Positions 40,458 to 50,543 of a stretch of 64,000 nt of DNA are shown here, piece by piece. The stretch comes from an uncultured Candidatus Saccharibacteria bacterium (GTDB taxonomy: Bacteria; Patescibacteriota; Minisyncoccia; Phycocordibacterales; PALSA-1337), in NCBI GenBank assembly GCA_964358005.1, contig CAYHNH010000002.1, forward strand, positions 18,596-82,595, written 5' to 3'. The translations under genes were made by a program, and so were the position numbers. How positions within the stretch are numbered: position 1 is the first letter of the stretch; each line of letters starts with the position of its first letter. A model generated the notes under the pieces. That model was not told where the DNA came from and searched no databases. It saw only the letters and a list, made by a program, of their open reading frames with translations.

Positions 40458-40901
40458 TTACGCCACCTCGATGACTAGCTTGAACTTCGCGGACTTACCT
40501 CCGGCTTTGACCTCGATCATGTGTTCGCCGACCTCCTTGATCGGATGTTCTATCTGTATGAATGACGGATCTATCTGAAGTTCTGTCTTCTTTTGCAATT
40601 CCGCGGCTATGGCCTCTCGATGCAATCCGGCAAAGAGATGTCCTTTTTCGTTGGCCTTCCCAGATACATTCAGCGTGAGCCCGTCGAGGTCCTTGATATT
40701 CTTGGCGATCAGGTCTTCGCGGACTGCCCTCTCCTGGTCTATCTTAGCCTTCTGGGCCTTCATTGTATTCATGGCCGATGATGTGGCTGGCATAGCCTCG
40801 CCTCTCGGGATCAGGAGATTCAGGGCGTGGCCGCTCTTCACCTCCTTCACATCGAACTTCTTGCCGAGCTTGGCGACATCTTTCAGTAATATGACTTTCA
40901 T
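40458..40901 (-). CDS. rplI: 50S ribosomal protein L9
   Basis: MKVILLKDVAKLGK..EVKSGHALN.LIP, PIKEVGEH. Confidence 0.96.
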   Translation of the reverse strand: MKVILLKDVAKLGKKFDVKEVKSGHALNLLIPRGEAMPATSSAMNTMKAQKAKIDQERAVREDLIAKNIKDLDGLTLNVSGKANEKGHLFAGLHREAIAAELQKKTELQIDPSFIQIEHPIKEVGEHMIEVKAGGKSAKFKLVIEVA

Positions 40902-40919
40902 GGATATGTTTATTATTGG

Positions 40920-42125
40920 CTAATCTTTCAGTATCTCGAGGGCTTTGTCCATCTGCGGGTCTCTGTTCGCCTTGACGTCCTCTTCGGTGAACTCCACCTT
41001 GTGGTCGGGCTCTAGGCCATCATGCGAGAGGTTGTGTCCCTTGGGTGTGAGCCAGTTGGCCACGGTCACTTTGAGCGAGGTGGCTGGGGTTATAGGCACC
41101 AATTCCTGGACAGAGCCCTTGCCGAAGGTCTTCATGCCGACCAGTTTGGCCGTAGTCTGCTCACGGAGCGCTCCAGCCAATATCTCCGCGGCCGAGGCTG
41201 AACCAGCATCCACCAGTATGGCGATCTTTATGTCGCGGCTAAGGCCAACATAGCCCTTGCTGCGGAAGTGGAGCTGCATGCCCGGCTTGCCGAAGTCCTC
41301 CGTCACAATGACGGTGCCGGCTGGCAGGAAGTACGAGGACATGTCCACTGCCGCCTCTAAGTAGCCGCCTGGATTGCCGCGCAGGTCGAGGACCAGCTTG
41401 CGGCTACCCGACAGTACGAAATTACGCAAAGCCTCTCTGAAGAGCTCCGGCGACTGCGCGGTGAAGCTGAATAGCCTGATCACGAATACGCCGCCCGGCT
41501 TCTCGAGAGTGTCGAGAGTCGGGATCTTTATCACGGCGCGAGTTATCGTCCTTTCGACCGGCTTGGTGGAGTCCTTTGGCAGGAATGAGATCTTGACCTT
41601 GGTTCCCGCAGGGCCTCGAATGTAACCGACTGCCCGGTCAGTGCTCATGCCAGCCGTAGATGTGCCGTTTATAGTGAGGATGGCGTCGCCACTCTTCACA
41701 CCTGCGGCCTCAGCCGGACTGCCCTTCAGAGGCGAGACCACAACCAGCTGATTGGCCTTGATGCCTATCTCCATGCCGACTCCGCCAAAATCTCCGGCGA
41801 TGTTCTCGGCAAATATCTTGGACTGGGCCGGCGGGAAAAAGACCGTATATGGATCGTTGTACGAAGAGGCCAGACCCTGGATAGCGCCCCAGACCTTGCT
41901 CTCCGAGTTGGTCGACGAGGCATTCATGGCCTTCTCGTCGAGAACCTGCCAGGCCTTCCAGAAAGGGTTGAATTGGTCGCCTGTGACAAAACTGCCGTTA
42001 GTAGCCTGCGGATTGCCGACATTCCCGGAGGAGACACTGCCGAAATAGAGGCCGATCAGGAAGGCCACGATGACGATCGGTATGCCGATGAGCAGGCCGG
42101 ATAGCCTTTTTTCTGGGTTGTTCAT
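40920..42125 (-). CDS. ctpA: S41 carboxy-terminal processing protease
   Basis: PDZ domain, LDLRGNPGG, SASAAEI, TFGKGSVQ. Confidence 0.93.
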   Translation of the reverse strand: MNNPEKRLSGLLIGIPIVIVAFLIGLYFGSVSSGNVGNPQATNGSFVTGDQFNPFWKAWQVLDEKAMNASSTNSESKVWGAIQGLASSYNDPYTVFFPPAQSKIFAENIAGDFGGVGMEIGIKANQLVVVSPLKGSPAEAAGVKSGDAILTINGTSTAGMSTDRAVGYIRGPAGTKVKISFLPKDSTKPVERTITRAVIKIPTLDTLEKPGGVFVIRLFSFTAQSPELFREALRNFVLSGSRKLVLDLRGNPGGYLEAAVDMSSYFLPAGTVIVTEDFGKPGMQLHFRSKGYVGLSRDIKIAILVDAGSASAAEILAGALREQTTAKLVGMKTFGKGSVQELVPITPATSLKVTVANWLTPKGHNLSHDGLEPDHKVEFTEEDVKANRDPQMDKALEILKD

Positions 42126-42153
42126 AAAATTAGTTTCGCATATAATCATTCAC

Positions 42154-43077
42154 ATGACAACAACTCATTCAGCCCGCGGCTTAGTTTGGATAGATATGCA
42201 GTCCCCCACCGAGGACGAGGTGAGCGGCCTGATCAAGCGCTACGGCCTCCATCCGCTCGTGGGAGAGGAACTACGTAACTCCCCATCCCTGCCGAAGATA
42301 AGCATACAAAAGGACTACATACTGGTCGTGCTCATGTTGCCGGTGAGGATAAAGAAGAACGGCTCGCACTCCATAGTGAACCGAGAGGTGGACTTCGTCA
42401 TAGGCAAGAACTATCTCATTACCGCCCATCCGGACGGCCTCGAGCAGTTGGAATACTTCGCCCGGATATTCGAGACCAACGCTATACTCAACAAGGATTC
42501 CAAGATAGAGCACACTGGCCACCTATTTTATTACATGGTGAAGAGGCTCTATGCCGGCATGTACGAGGACCTGGAGAATCTCCGGGACACCTTGGCGCAC
42601 GCGGAGGAACAGGTATTCCTGGGCGAGGAGCGCAAGATGGTCCAGGCCCTGTCCAGCATATCGAGAGAGCTCATAGATTTCCGCGAGGCCATCAGGATAC
42701 ACCGCGACATTTGGGAGGAGCTCACGGCTTTTCCTGGCGAAACTCTGCTACCTGAGGACTTCAGGCCATATACCAGGGATATACGCGACGAATTCACCCG
42801 CATCAACGAACTCATACACAATTCCCGCGAGCTGGTCGGCGATCTCCGCGAGACAAATGACTCCCTCCTGAATTCTAAGCAAAATGAGATCATCAAGACC
42901 CTGACTCTCATGGCCTTTATGACCTTCCCACTGTCCCTCATCGCCGCCATCTTCGCCCTACCATCGAAGAATGTGCCCATTATCGGCGGCCAGTATGACT
43001 GGTTCGTCATTATCGGCATTATGGCCGTGGTCGCTGGCATACTGCTCTGGCAATTCAAGAGGAATAAATGGATATAA
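42154..43077 (+). CDS. CorA-family divalent cation transporter
   Basis: WID..P, LHPL..E, NEIIKTLT, two C-terminal TMs; GMN motif absent. Confidence 0.85.
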   Translation: MTTTHSARGLVWIDMQSPTEDEVSGLIKRYGLHPLVGEELRNSPSLPKISIQKDYILVVLMLPVRIKKNGSHSIVNREVDFVIGKNYLITAHPDGLEQLEYFARIFETNAILNKDSKIEHTGHLFYYMVKRLYAGMYEDLENLRDTLAHAEEQVFLGEERKMVQALSSISRELIDFREAIRIHRDIWEELTAFPGETLLPEDFRPYTRDIRDEFTRINELIHNSRELVGDLRETNDSLLNSKQNEIIKTLTLMAFMTFPLSLIAAIFALPSKNVPIIGGQYDWFVIIGIMAVVAGILLWQFKRNKWI

Positions 43078-44417
43078 GCCTCTACAATACGCTCTCCAAG
43101 AAGAAAGAGACCGTAAAGCCTCTCAAGGCAGGCGCGATTTCGATGTACAACTGCGGCCCGACCGTCTATGACACTCCTCATATCGGCAATTACCGCACAT
43201 TCACCATGAGCGATATCTTGCGGCGTGTCTTCGAGTACAGCGGGTACAAGGTGACAGAGGTCATGAATGTGACCGATGTGGATGACAAGACCATAAAGAG
43301 GAGCCGCGCCGAGAATGTCTCGCTCGGGGATCTGACCAGAAAATACGAGAAGCTCTTCCTGTATGGTCTGGATTCGCTCAACATCGAGCTCCCCCACCAG
43401 CTCACCAGAGCTACGGAGCATGTCCAGGCTATGATAGACCTAGTTTCTGTCCTGCTCGAAAAGGGCGTCGCCTATAAAGCCGATGATGGCGTATATGTAG
43501 ACATCTCGAAGGTCAAGGGCTATGGCGCACTGGCGCATTTGGATGTAAAAGCGGCTGCGAGATCACGTGTAGCCAAAGACGAATACGACAAGGAGAACGC
43601 CCGCGACTTCGCCGTCTGGAAATTCAGGAGCGCAGATGACGGCGACGTATCATGGCCCGCTCCGTTCGGAGAAGGCCGACCGGGCTGGCACATAGAATGT
43701 TCAGCCATGTCCATGGAAGCTCTCGGACCGACGATAGACGTGCACACTGGGGGCAATGACCTGGTCTTCCCTCATCATACGAATGAGATAGCTCAGTCAG
43801 AGTCCGCTACCGGTAAGCAGTTCGTTCGCTATTGGGTGCATGGCGGCTTCATGAATGTGAGCGACGAGAAGATGGCCAAGTCGAAAGGTAATTTCATCAA
43901 GCTCGATACGCTGGCCGAGGAATCCATCTCGCCCGTAGCCTTTCGTTATTGGCTCATGACCGCGCATTATCGCTCCCCGGTGAATTTTACATTCGACAGC
44001 GTCAAGGCGGCCCAGAATGCGCTCATCAAATTCATGGCGGCTGTTGCTCTATTCCCTGATGGAGGCAACATCAATAAGGATTACCAGGGACGATTCCTGG
44101 CCTTCATAAACGACGATATGGACATGCCGAAGGCCATCGCCCTGTCCTGGGACCTCATCAATGATCCCGCAGTCGCGGCGGCCGACAAGCGCGCCACTTT
44201 GCTGGATTTCGATCGCGTCTTCGGCCTGAAGCTAGCCGAGGCCCCTAGATTCAAGGAGGAGCCCATCCCCACGGAGATACAGGCCCTAGCAGACGCCCGC
44301 GAAGAAGCTCGCAAGACCAAAGACTGGAAGAAGGCCGATGCCCTGCGTTCCGAGATCGAGGCGCGCGGATTTGACGTGGATGATACGCCGGAAGGACCGA
44401 GGATAATGGCCAAATAA
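43068..44417 (+). CDS. cysS: cysteine--tRNA ligase
   Basis: CGPTVY, HIGN, GRPGWHIECSAM, KMAKS. Confidence 0.98.
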   Translation: MDISLYNTLSKKKETVKPLKAGAISMYNCGPTVYDTPHIGNYRTFTMSDILRRVFEYSGYKVTEVMNVTDVDDKTIKRSRAENVSLGDLTRKYEKLFLYGLDSLNIELPHQLTRATEHVQAMIDLVSVLLEKGVAYKADDGVYVDISKVKGYGALAHLDVKAAARSRVAKDEYDKENARDFAVWKFRSADDGDVSWPAPFGEGRPGWHIECSAMSMEALGPTIDVHTGGNDLVFPHHTNEIAQSESATGKQFVRYWVHGGFMNVSDEKMAKSKGNFIKLDTLAEESISPVAFRYWLMTAHYRSPVNFTFDSVKAAQNALIKFMAAVALFPDGGNINKDYQGRFLAFINDDMDMPKAIALSWDLINDPAVAAADKRATLLDFDRVFGLKLAEAPRFKEEPIPTEIQALADAREEARKTKDWKKADALRSEIEARGFDVDDTPEGPRIMAK

Positions 44418-44433
44418 TGGCGCCAGATGCTTC

Positions 44434-44694
44434 CTAGGCAAACTCCGTGCGATCGCGGAAGCGCATGGCGTCCCTGACTTCTGCTTTTACGTCCCCTATC
44501 TCATCAGACATATCCTGCCTACAGGCCTCTACCTTGTCCTCGGCGTCAGCTAGGCGGCTGCACAGCCTGGCCTCCACCATATCTATCCGCTCTTCAAGCC
44601 TTTCGAAGCTCCTGGATATGGATACAGCCACATCATCGCTGTTCTTATACATGAGTTTCTCTAATAATTCGACGTCCTTTTGGTCTAAAGCCAT
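44434..44694 (-). CDS. small coiled-coil protein
   Basis: SFERLEERIDMVEARL heptads; regulatory box upstream. Confidence 0.7.
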   Translation of the reverse strand: MALDQKDVELLEKLMYKNSDDVAVSISRSFERLEERIDMVEARLCSRLADAEDKVEACRQDMSDEIGDVKAEVRDAMRFRDRTEFA

Positions 44695-44734
44695 ATAATT
44701 GGGCTAATTTGCTTATAATCCTCTGACTGCAGTA

Positions 44735-44789
44735 ACTCTAGCAATCCACAGTTCAAATTTGCTTCAAAAAAAGTTAAAATTATGATGAA
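44735..44789 (-). promoter_or_regulatory. 4x 11-bp-period hexamer box plus -10 (site 2)
   Basis: Sense strand TTCATC-N5-TTTAAC-N5-TTGAAG-N5-TTGAAC-N10-TAGAGT. Confidence 0.7.
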
Positions 44790-44909
44790 GAAGTTCTAAA
44801 AATCTGTCGAAGATTTTATAAACAGCTTGTCCACCTATTGATACATTTCCCGATGGACAGAGATTTTTCTGTTTATGCTAGAATCAAGTCTTCCAATATT
44901 GAAATTTTA

Positions 44910-46292
44910 ATGAGTCCGATATCGCCATACGTCAAATCGAGAGATCTGAAGATACCTCCTCAGAGCCTCGACGCAGAAAAGGCCCTACTGGGGTCACTTC
45001 TTATTAGGGGTGAGACTATGCACGATATTGTCGACTCCGTCTCTGAGCAATCCTTCTATGCGACCCAGCACAAGATGGTCTGGTCTGCCCTTTTCGAACT
45101 TCATAGCAAGGGCACGCCCATAGACATACTATCCATATCAGCCCGTCTGAAGGACAAGGGCGCTCTGGAGCAGGTCGGCGGCATGTCTTACCTCACCGAG
45201 CTCATAAACATGGTGCCCTCCTCGACCAACGCCGGCCACTATGCCGAAATAGTCGAGAAAAAGCACGTCATGCGCGAGCTCCTGCGAGCCGCCGAGAACA
45301 TCACCGGCCTTGGCTATGACGAGGAGGCCGATCTTCACGATCTTCTCGAGAAGGCTGAGAAGGAGCTGTATTCGGTGACGAACAAGACCGGCTCGCACAA
45401 GTTCGTGGAGCTCAAGGATACGTTGACGGAGGCCTGGGACCGCCTCGATCATCTCCATAAGACACGCGATGAGCTGCGCGGCGTCCCCACCGGATTCTCC
45501 GATCTAGACAACAAGCTGGCCGGCTTTCAGAAGTCCGATCTCATCATCTTGGCCGCCAGGCCTTCCATGGGTAAGACTGCCCTGGCTCTCGACATCGCTA
45601 GGAGGGCCGCCATCAACCACAAGGTTCCTGTAGCTATATTTTCCCTAGAAATGAGCTCTCAACAGCTCGTAGATCGCATGCTTTCAGCAGAATCGCAGGT
45701 GGATGCCTGGAAGATACGCACTGGCCACAATCTATCCGTGGAAGGCGATTTTAAGGCCATTGGAGACGCTATAGGCAGGCTTTCCGAGGCTCCGATATTC
45801 ATCGACGACCAGCCCGGCAATAATATCCTCAAGATGCGCGCCGTGGCTCGCCGCCTCAAGAATGAGAAGAAGCTCGGGCTCATCATAGTTGACTATCTCC
45901 AGCTCATGGTCCCGACCCAGCAGGGCCGCTACAACGACAACCTGGTCCAGCAGGTCACGGAGATCTCCCGCTCGCTCAAGAACATGGCTCGAGAATTGGA
46001 GCTGCCTGTTTTGGCGTTGTCACAACTCTCTCGTGCCGTGGAGGCGCGCGGCGGCAAACCTCGACTTTCCGATCTGCGTGATTCAGGCTCTATCGAGCAG
46101 GATGCGGATGTTGTCATGTTCATCCACCGCGAGAATGCCGAGGATGGCGGCGGCCGCAAGCAAGAGGCCGAGATATTGATCGAGAAGCACCGCAATGGTC
46201 CCACCGGCGTTGCCAAGCTCTACTTCGATACCAAGAAGGCCACCTTCTTGCCGATGGACAAGGCTGATTTCGGAGATTTTGATAAGGCTTGA
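44910..46292 (+). CDS. dnaB: replicative DNA helicase
   Basis: PPQSLDAE, AARPSMGKT, IVDYLQL, SDLRDSGSIEQDAD, KHRNGP. Confidence 0.98.
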   Translation: MSPISPYVKSRDLKIPPQSLDAEKALLGSLLIRGETMHDIVDSVSEQSFYATQHKMVWSALFELHSKGTPIDILSISARLKDKGALEQVGGMSYLTELINMVPSSTNAGHYAEIVEKKHVMRELLRAAENITGLGYDEEADLHDLLEKAEKELYSVTNKTGSHKFVELKDTLTEAWDRLDHLHKTRDELRGVPTGFSDLDNKLAGFQKSDLIILAARPSMGKTALALDIARRAAINHKVPVAIFSLEMSSQQLVDRMLSAESQVDAWKIRTGHNLSVEGDFKAIGDAIGRLSEAPIFIDDQPGNNILKMRAVARRLKNEKKLGLIIVDYLQLMVPTQQGRYNDNLVQQVTEISRSLKNMARELELPVLALSQLSRAVEARGGKPRLSDLRDSGSIEQDADVVMFIHRENAEDGGGRKQEAEILIEKHRNGPTGVAKLYFDTKKATFLPMDKADFGDFDKA

Positions 46293-46796
46293 GTTCGTTC
46301 TATCTTATTCCTTCTAGAAATGGACAGTGGCGGCTCGCTCATCGAAACCCCAAAAAATCTGAAAGGCATATTTCACGTCGTAAAATATTTTCATCGCCAG
46401 GAAACCCTTGTGGCGCCTACTCAACTAGACAATGCTTTTATGGACTTGTCCGTGATTGCTTTTGGAGTTTGGAATGAGGCCAGGCTTCCTGATGTGATTT
46501 TGTGCCATTTCCATCTCCTCAATCTCCGCCGCCGCCAGTACTATCTCCGGTACAAGGAAAAAATTTATTTACACGAACTGCTAAGCGTGACGGCGTAAAG
46601 GATTTCCCAGTCAATTTTTTGAAAATTTGGCTAAAAACTATAGATGTTTCATGATATCTCATCATGTCCACCACAAAAATACCTAACCACAAAACATCTG
46701 GGCAAACATGTAAATGAAATTTTGCGAGCCGCCGGACAACCTGCCCCCCGCCCGCTCCACAATGACCGGTTTTTTATTTGAATCCATCATCTTCAC

Positions 46797-46826
46797 AAAA
46801 AAGCGGCCCGTACTGAAACAGGCCGC
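46797..46826 (-). terminator. terminator of MFS gene
   Basis: Minus strand GCGGCCTGT-loop-ACGGGCCGC-T6. Confidence 0.7.
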
Positions 46827-46860
46827 CGTGATAAAGAACAATGGACACACAAGCAACAAA

Positions 46861-48090
46861 CTAACCCCTATCCGACGCACTATTCCAATCCGACACGCTA
46901 TTCCCGCTTCCATTCCCATTCCTTGCGACAACGAGACTCCCTCCGATGAGGACCAGCCCCGAAACAAGCCAAGCGATAGAAATGCCGAAATACTCGGCGA
47001 TTACTCCGCTAACCACGAGCCCTATGGCGCCCCCGATATGCGGCGCAGTGGAACAGAAGGATGATATGGTCGCACGTTCCTCTGAGGGTATTCTCTGTTG
47101 GAGATAACCTTCCTTGACTGGGAACCAGCTTCCGCGTGGAAGCTCATGGACCATGAAGAAAAACAGCGCCACCGACAGAGTCGGCACGAACGCCACGACC
47201 CCGACGACAAGACCAGCGGCCATCTGGGTCACCAGTATTATCTGCTTTTCCCTGCCCTGCGTGTCGATCTTCGAAACGATGAATCCTCCTAGCGCCAGGA
47301 ATGACATCATACCAAAGAACAGCCAGCCGAAATATATTGGCTCCAGACCCTTTGCTTGGAAGAACGGCTGCCAATACATATTGAGTGACATCACCGCGAA
47401 TATCTGCACGAACGTCACGACAAGAACGAATCTGACTGGTTTATGGACCTTCGCGTAGTAGAAGCTTTTTTTGGCTATCTCCCACATCGATCCTGCCCCT
47501 GCCCTCAAGGAAAATTCTCTTTTCTGGAAGTAGCTCTCCTTCATCGCGACGTTGGCGATGATTGCGAGGATGAGCAGCATGAAGGCACCTGACCACCACG
47601 GAATGCTCGATCCCATTGCGAACAGATACGATCCGGTCAGGGCCCCGATTGCGCCACAGCCCTGATTGATCAGCGTAAGCCGCGCGAATTTCTTGGTCAG
47701 TGAGCCTTCGTGCCCATAATGGCGCATGCTATCCACGAACCAGGCCTGGAAGGCGCCGTTCTGGAATGTGAATGCCAGAGCTGCCACCACTTCAGCGCAA
47801 ACGAAATACCAGAACGAGGTGGATAGCGCATATATGCATTTCGCCAGCGCTAACAGCAGGCAGGCGAGCACAACGGCCCTTTTGCGGCCGAAGATATCCG
47901 CATATGCCCCCGTCGGTATCTCGAATATGAACAGCATCGCAAAAAACATGCCATTCACCAGATTGACCTCCATGAGGCTCAATCCGTGTCGCATGAGGAA
48001 CGTTGCGTAGATGGCAGACGTCAGGCTAAGGCCGCAGAATGAGAGCAGTCCGGACAGAACATAATACTGAATCGTTATCTTTTTTTGCAT
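46861..48090 (-). CDS. MFS transporter
   Basis: FEIPTGAYADIFGRK motif A, ~12 TM, IPSEERATISS. Confidence 0.92.
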   Translation of the reverse strand: MQKKITIQYYVLSGLLSFCGLSLTSAIYATFLMRHGLSLMEVNLVNGMFFAMLFIFEIPTGAYADIFGRKRAVVLACLLLALAKCIYALSTSFWYFVCAEVVAALAFTFQNGAFQAWFVDSMRHYGHEGSLTKKFARLTLINQGCGAIGALTGSYLFAMGSSIPWWSGAFMLLILAIIANVAMKESYFQKREFSLRAGAGSMWEIAKKSFYYAKVHKPVRFVLVVTFVQIFAVMSLNMYWQPFFQAKGLEPIYFGWLFFGMMSFLALGGFIVSKIDTQGREKQIILVTQMAAGLVVGVVAFVPTLSVALFFFMVHELPRGSWFPVKEGYLQQRIPSEERATISSFCSTAPHIGGAIGLVVSGVIAEYFGISIAWLVSGLVLIGGSLVVARNGNGSGNSVSDWNSASDRG

Positions 48091-48140
48091 AACTCCCCTA
48101 TTTGATTGTTAATGTTCCAATTCTTCTGGACGAATCTCGG

Positions 48141-48174
48141 AAAAAGAAAATCCCGACTTTCGTCCAGTCGGGAT
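48141..48174 (-). terminator. leader (attenuator) terminator upstream of MFS
   Basis: Minus strand TCCCGACT-GGACGAA-AGTCGGGA-TTTTCTTTTT. Confidence 0.7.
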
Positions 48175-48207
48175 CTTTCCAAAGCAATGAGATGAGATTA
48201 ATGGAGA

Positions 48208-48348
48208 TTAATTCATGGGCATTTGAAAAACATCACGACTGGGCGCAAGCGAACCGGTAAATCCGGTATTCTGCGCACCGACGATCGTATAACCGCAATC
48301 CTGATGGAGCGGCATGGACCAATTCGTGTTGTTCTTATATGCGTGCAT
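48208..48348 (-). CDS. putative 46-aa leader peptide
   Basis: ATG 6 nt after TTGACA-N17-TACGGT; stops ~35 nt before the leader terminator. Confidence 0.5.
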   Translation of the reverse strand: MHAYKNNTNWSMPLHQDCGYTIVGAQNTGFTGSLAPSRDVFQMPMN

Positions 48349-48421
48349 ATATAAACCGTACAGCATGTGCACAGACATGTCAACATAGCTATGGTGAATA
48401 GCCTCTAATATACTTACCCGA

Positions 48422-49033
48422 ATGGACAACATGCACCGCCTCGAAGAGATCTTTGCCCGTTTTCCCGGCATCGGGCCGAGGCAAGCCAAACGCTTCGTCT
48501 ATCATGTGCAAAGCCGGACGTCAGCGGCAGTGAAGGAGATGGCCGACCTAATCAGGGAGATAAAAAGCTCGACAGTAGAGTGTTCCGACTGCCACAGATT
48601 TTTTATTGACAAGAATGGAAAAAATAATCTTTGTAATATCTGCAACGACGAATCGCGCGACGGATCCAGGCTGATGGTAGTCGCCAGGGATTCCGACCTG
48701 GAGAGTATCGAGAAAAGCGGCGCTTACAAGGGCCTGTATTTCGTGCTTGGAGGCACAGTGCCAATCCTAGACAAGGAGCCCGAACGCCGAGTACGCCTGG
48801 GTGCACTGATGGAGAGGATGACTAAGGGCAAAGAAGGCATAAAAGAAATGATATTGTCAATGAATCTAACGCCTGAAGGCGAGAATACTGCCGACGTCGT
48901 AAAGGAAGCGATCACAGCTCAGAAGAAAGGCGCGACTAAAGTCACCATCCTCGGCCGCGGTCTCTCGACCGGAGCCGAGCTCGAATACGTCGATTCGGAC
49001 ACCATAAGGAACGCCCTCGAGAATAGGCACTAA
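48422..49033 (+). CDS. recR: recombination mediator RecR
   Basis: FPGIGPRQAKR, C4 Zn finger, YFVLGG, G.ELEYVD..T. Confidence 0.93.
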   Translation: MDNMHRLEEIFARFPGIGPRQAKRFVYHVQSRTSAAVKEMADLIREIKSSTVECSDCHRFFIDKNGKNNLCNICNDESRDGSRLMVVARDSDLESIEKSGAYKGLYFVLGGTVPILDKEPERRVRLGALMERMTKGKEGIKEMILSMNLTPEGENTADVVKEAITAQKKGATKVTILGRGLSTGAELEYVDSDTIRNALENRH

Positions 49034-49060
49034 AAAACTCCCGACTGGGAGCTTTTATTT
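49032..49060. terminator. bidirectional terminator between recR and rplU
   Basis: A6-CTCCC-GACT-GGGAG-CTTTT. Confidence 0.5.
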
Positions 49061-49063
49061 CTT

Positions 49064-49384
49064 TTATTTCAGCGAGTCGATCTTGACCTTGAAGAAAGGC
49101 TGACGGTGGCCATTGCGCTTCCATCCTGAACGGTTCTTCTGACGATATTTGACTACGAGGACTGTCGGGAGCTTGCCGATCTTAGCGATGGTGCCGCTGA
49201 CCTTGGCCTTATCAATGAAAGGAGTGCCGATGGATGTATTCTTGCCATCGTCTACCAAGAGGACCTTGTCGAAAACGATCTTGTCGCCCTCCTTGTGGGT
49301 GCCCTGAAGCTTCTCGATGGTGATAGTGTCACCCTTCGAAACCGTATATTGCTTGCCTCCAGTTGCGATGACTGCGAATTCCAT
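49064..49384 (-). CDS. rplU: 50S ribosomal protein L21
   Basis: FAVIATGGKQY.V, GHRQPF. Confidence 0.97.
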   Translation of the reverse strand: MEFAVIATGGKQYTVSKGDTITIEKLQGTHKEGDKIVFDKVLLVDDGKNTSIGTPFIDKAKVSGTIAKIGKLPTVLVVKYRQKNRSGWKRNGHRQPFFKVKIDSLK

Positions 49385-49457
49385 AATTGAGCCATTATAC
49401 ACGAAAGCCCCTTTTCCGCAACTGGGGCTGTAATTGGGGCTTTTAGGCAAAACCAGC

Positions 49458-50543
49458 CTATTCGGCCTCTGGCTTATCCAACATCGTCGCAGTGAGCTCT
49501 GGAGCCACGTCGGTTATGCGCAAGACGTCCTTATCGAGCTTCTTGAATTCCTTGCTAGAGCTATTGTAATGGTTCACCACCGTGCTTAGAGAGGCCCCGA
49601 GCTTGGCATGATATTCGTTGTACTTATTCAGGTGTGTACCGAGCTCGCCCACACGCTTGACGATATCCTTGGCCGTCTCCTCTATCTGCATAGCCTTGAG
49701 CCCCTGGAGAACCGTCTGTAGATACGCCAGGAATGAAGTCGGTGACACGATGATGACCTTGTACTTGCTCGCCGCGCGTTGGATCAGATTATCGGTTTCC
49801 TCGGCTATGGCCCCTATCTTGTTCACCAGGAGATCGTAATAGATGGCCTCGTGAGGAATGAACATGAAGGCAAAATCCATCGTACCCTCGGCCGGGCGCA
49901 CGTATTTGGCCGTCTCCTGGATGCGGGTCTTCAGGTCGTTCACGAATTCCTTCTCCAGCTTGGCCCTGGTCTCGGCATTGCGTTCACCGGATAGCTTGTT
50001 GTAGTTCTCGAGCGAGAACTTGGAGTCCACCGGTATGACCTTGTCCTTCACGAATACAGCCGCGTCCACGACTTCCCCATTCTTGAATGCGTACTGCATC
50101 TTGTACTGGCCAGGAGCCAGGACGTTAGCGAGAAGCGTCTCGAGATAGTATTCACCGAGGATGCCGCGGTGCTTGGGATTCTTAAGGATATCCTGGAGAT
50201 TCTCGAGCTGATCGGCGAATGACACGACCTGCTTGTTGGTCTCATCGAGCTTGGTCAGACCCTGCGTGACTTCCTTGATCAGCTTGGCGGACTCTGACAG
50301 CTGGGCGCGCATCGAGTCCTGCATCGAGACGGCGCTCTGGTGGATCTTGTTATCGACGGTCCTGGTGAGATCGCCGACCTTGCGGTCCACGGTACGGTTG
50401 AGCTCGTTTACCTGCTCCAGGATCAGGCTCAAGCCTTCACCATCCTGCTTCTGCTGTTCCGGCTTGCGACGCAGGAATACTAGGGCGAATATGACATTGG
50501 CAATTACGGCCAAAATGACTAGAATGATGAGTATAGTCTCCAT
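49458..50543 (-). CDS. rmuC: DNA recombination protein RmuC
   Basis: RGILGE..L, PVDSKF, DFAFMFIP.E, VSPTS. Confidence 0.93.
   Translation of the reverse strand: METILIILVILAVIANVIFALVFLRRKPEQQKQDGEGLSLILEQVNELNRTVDRKVGDLTRTVDNKIHQSAVSMQDSMRAQLSESAKLIKEVTQGLTKLDETNKQVVSFADQLENLQDILKNPKHRGILGEYYLETLLANVLAPGQYKMQYAFKNGEVVDAAVFVKDKVIPVDSKFSLENYNKLSGERNAETRAKLEKEFVNDLKTRIQETAKYVRPAEGTMDFAFMFIPHEAIYYDLLVNKIGAIAEETDNLIQRAASKYKVIIVSPTSFLAYLQTVLQGLKAMQIEETAKDIVKRVGELGTHLNKYNEYHAKLGASLSTVVNHYNSSSKEFKKLDKDVLRITDVAPELTATMLDKPEAE

Noticed and set aside
44741-44836. DnaA boxes or oriC upstream of dnaB
   Set aside because: Only degenerate matches (about 2 mismatches); part of the region is better explained by the 11-bp box promoter
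46293-46700. Small ORFs, including a minus-strand frame with an internal TAG
   Set aside because: No recognisable motifs or clear signals; cannot support a gene, pseudogene or readthrough
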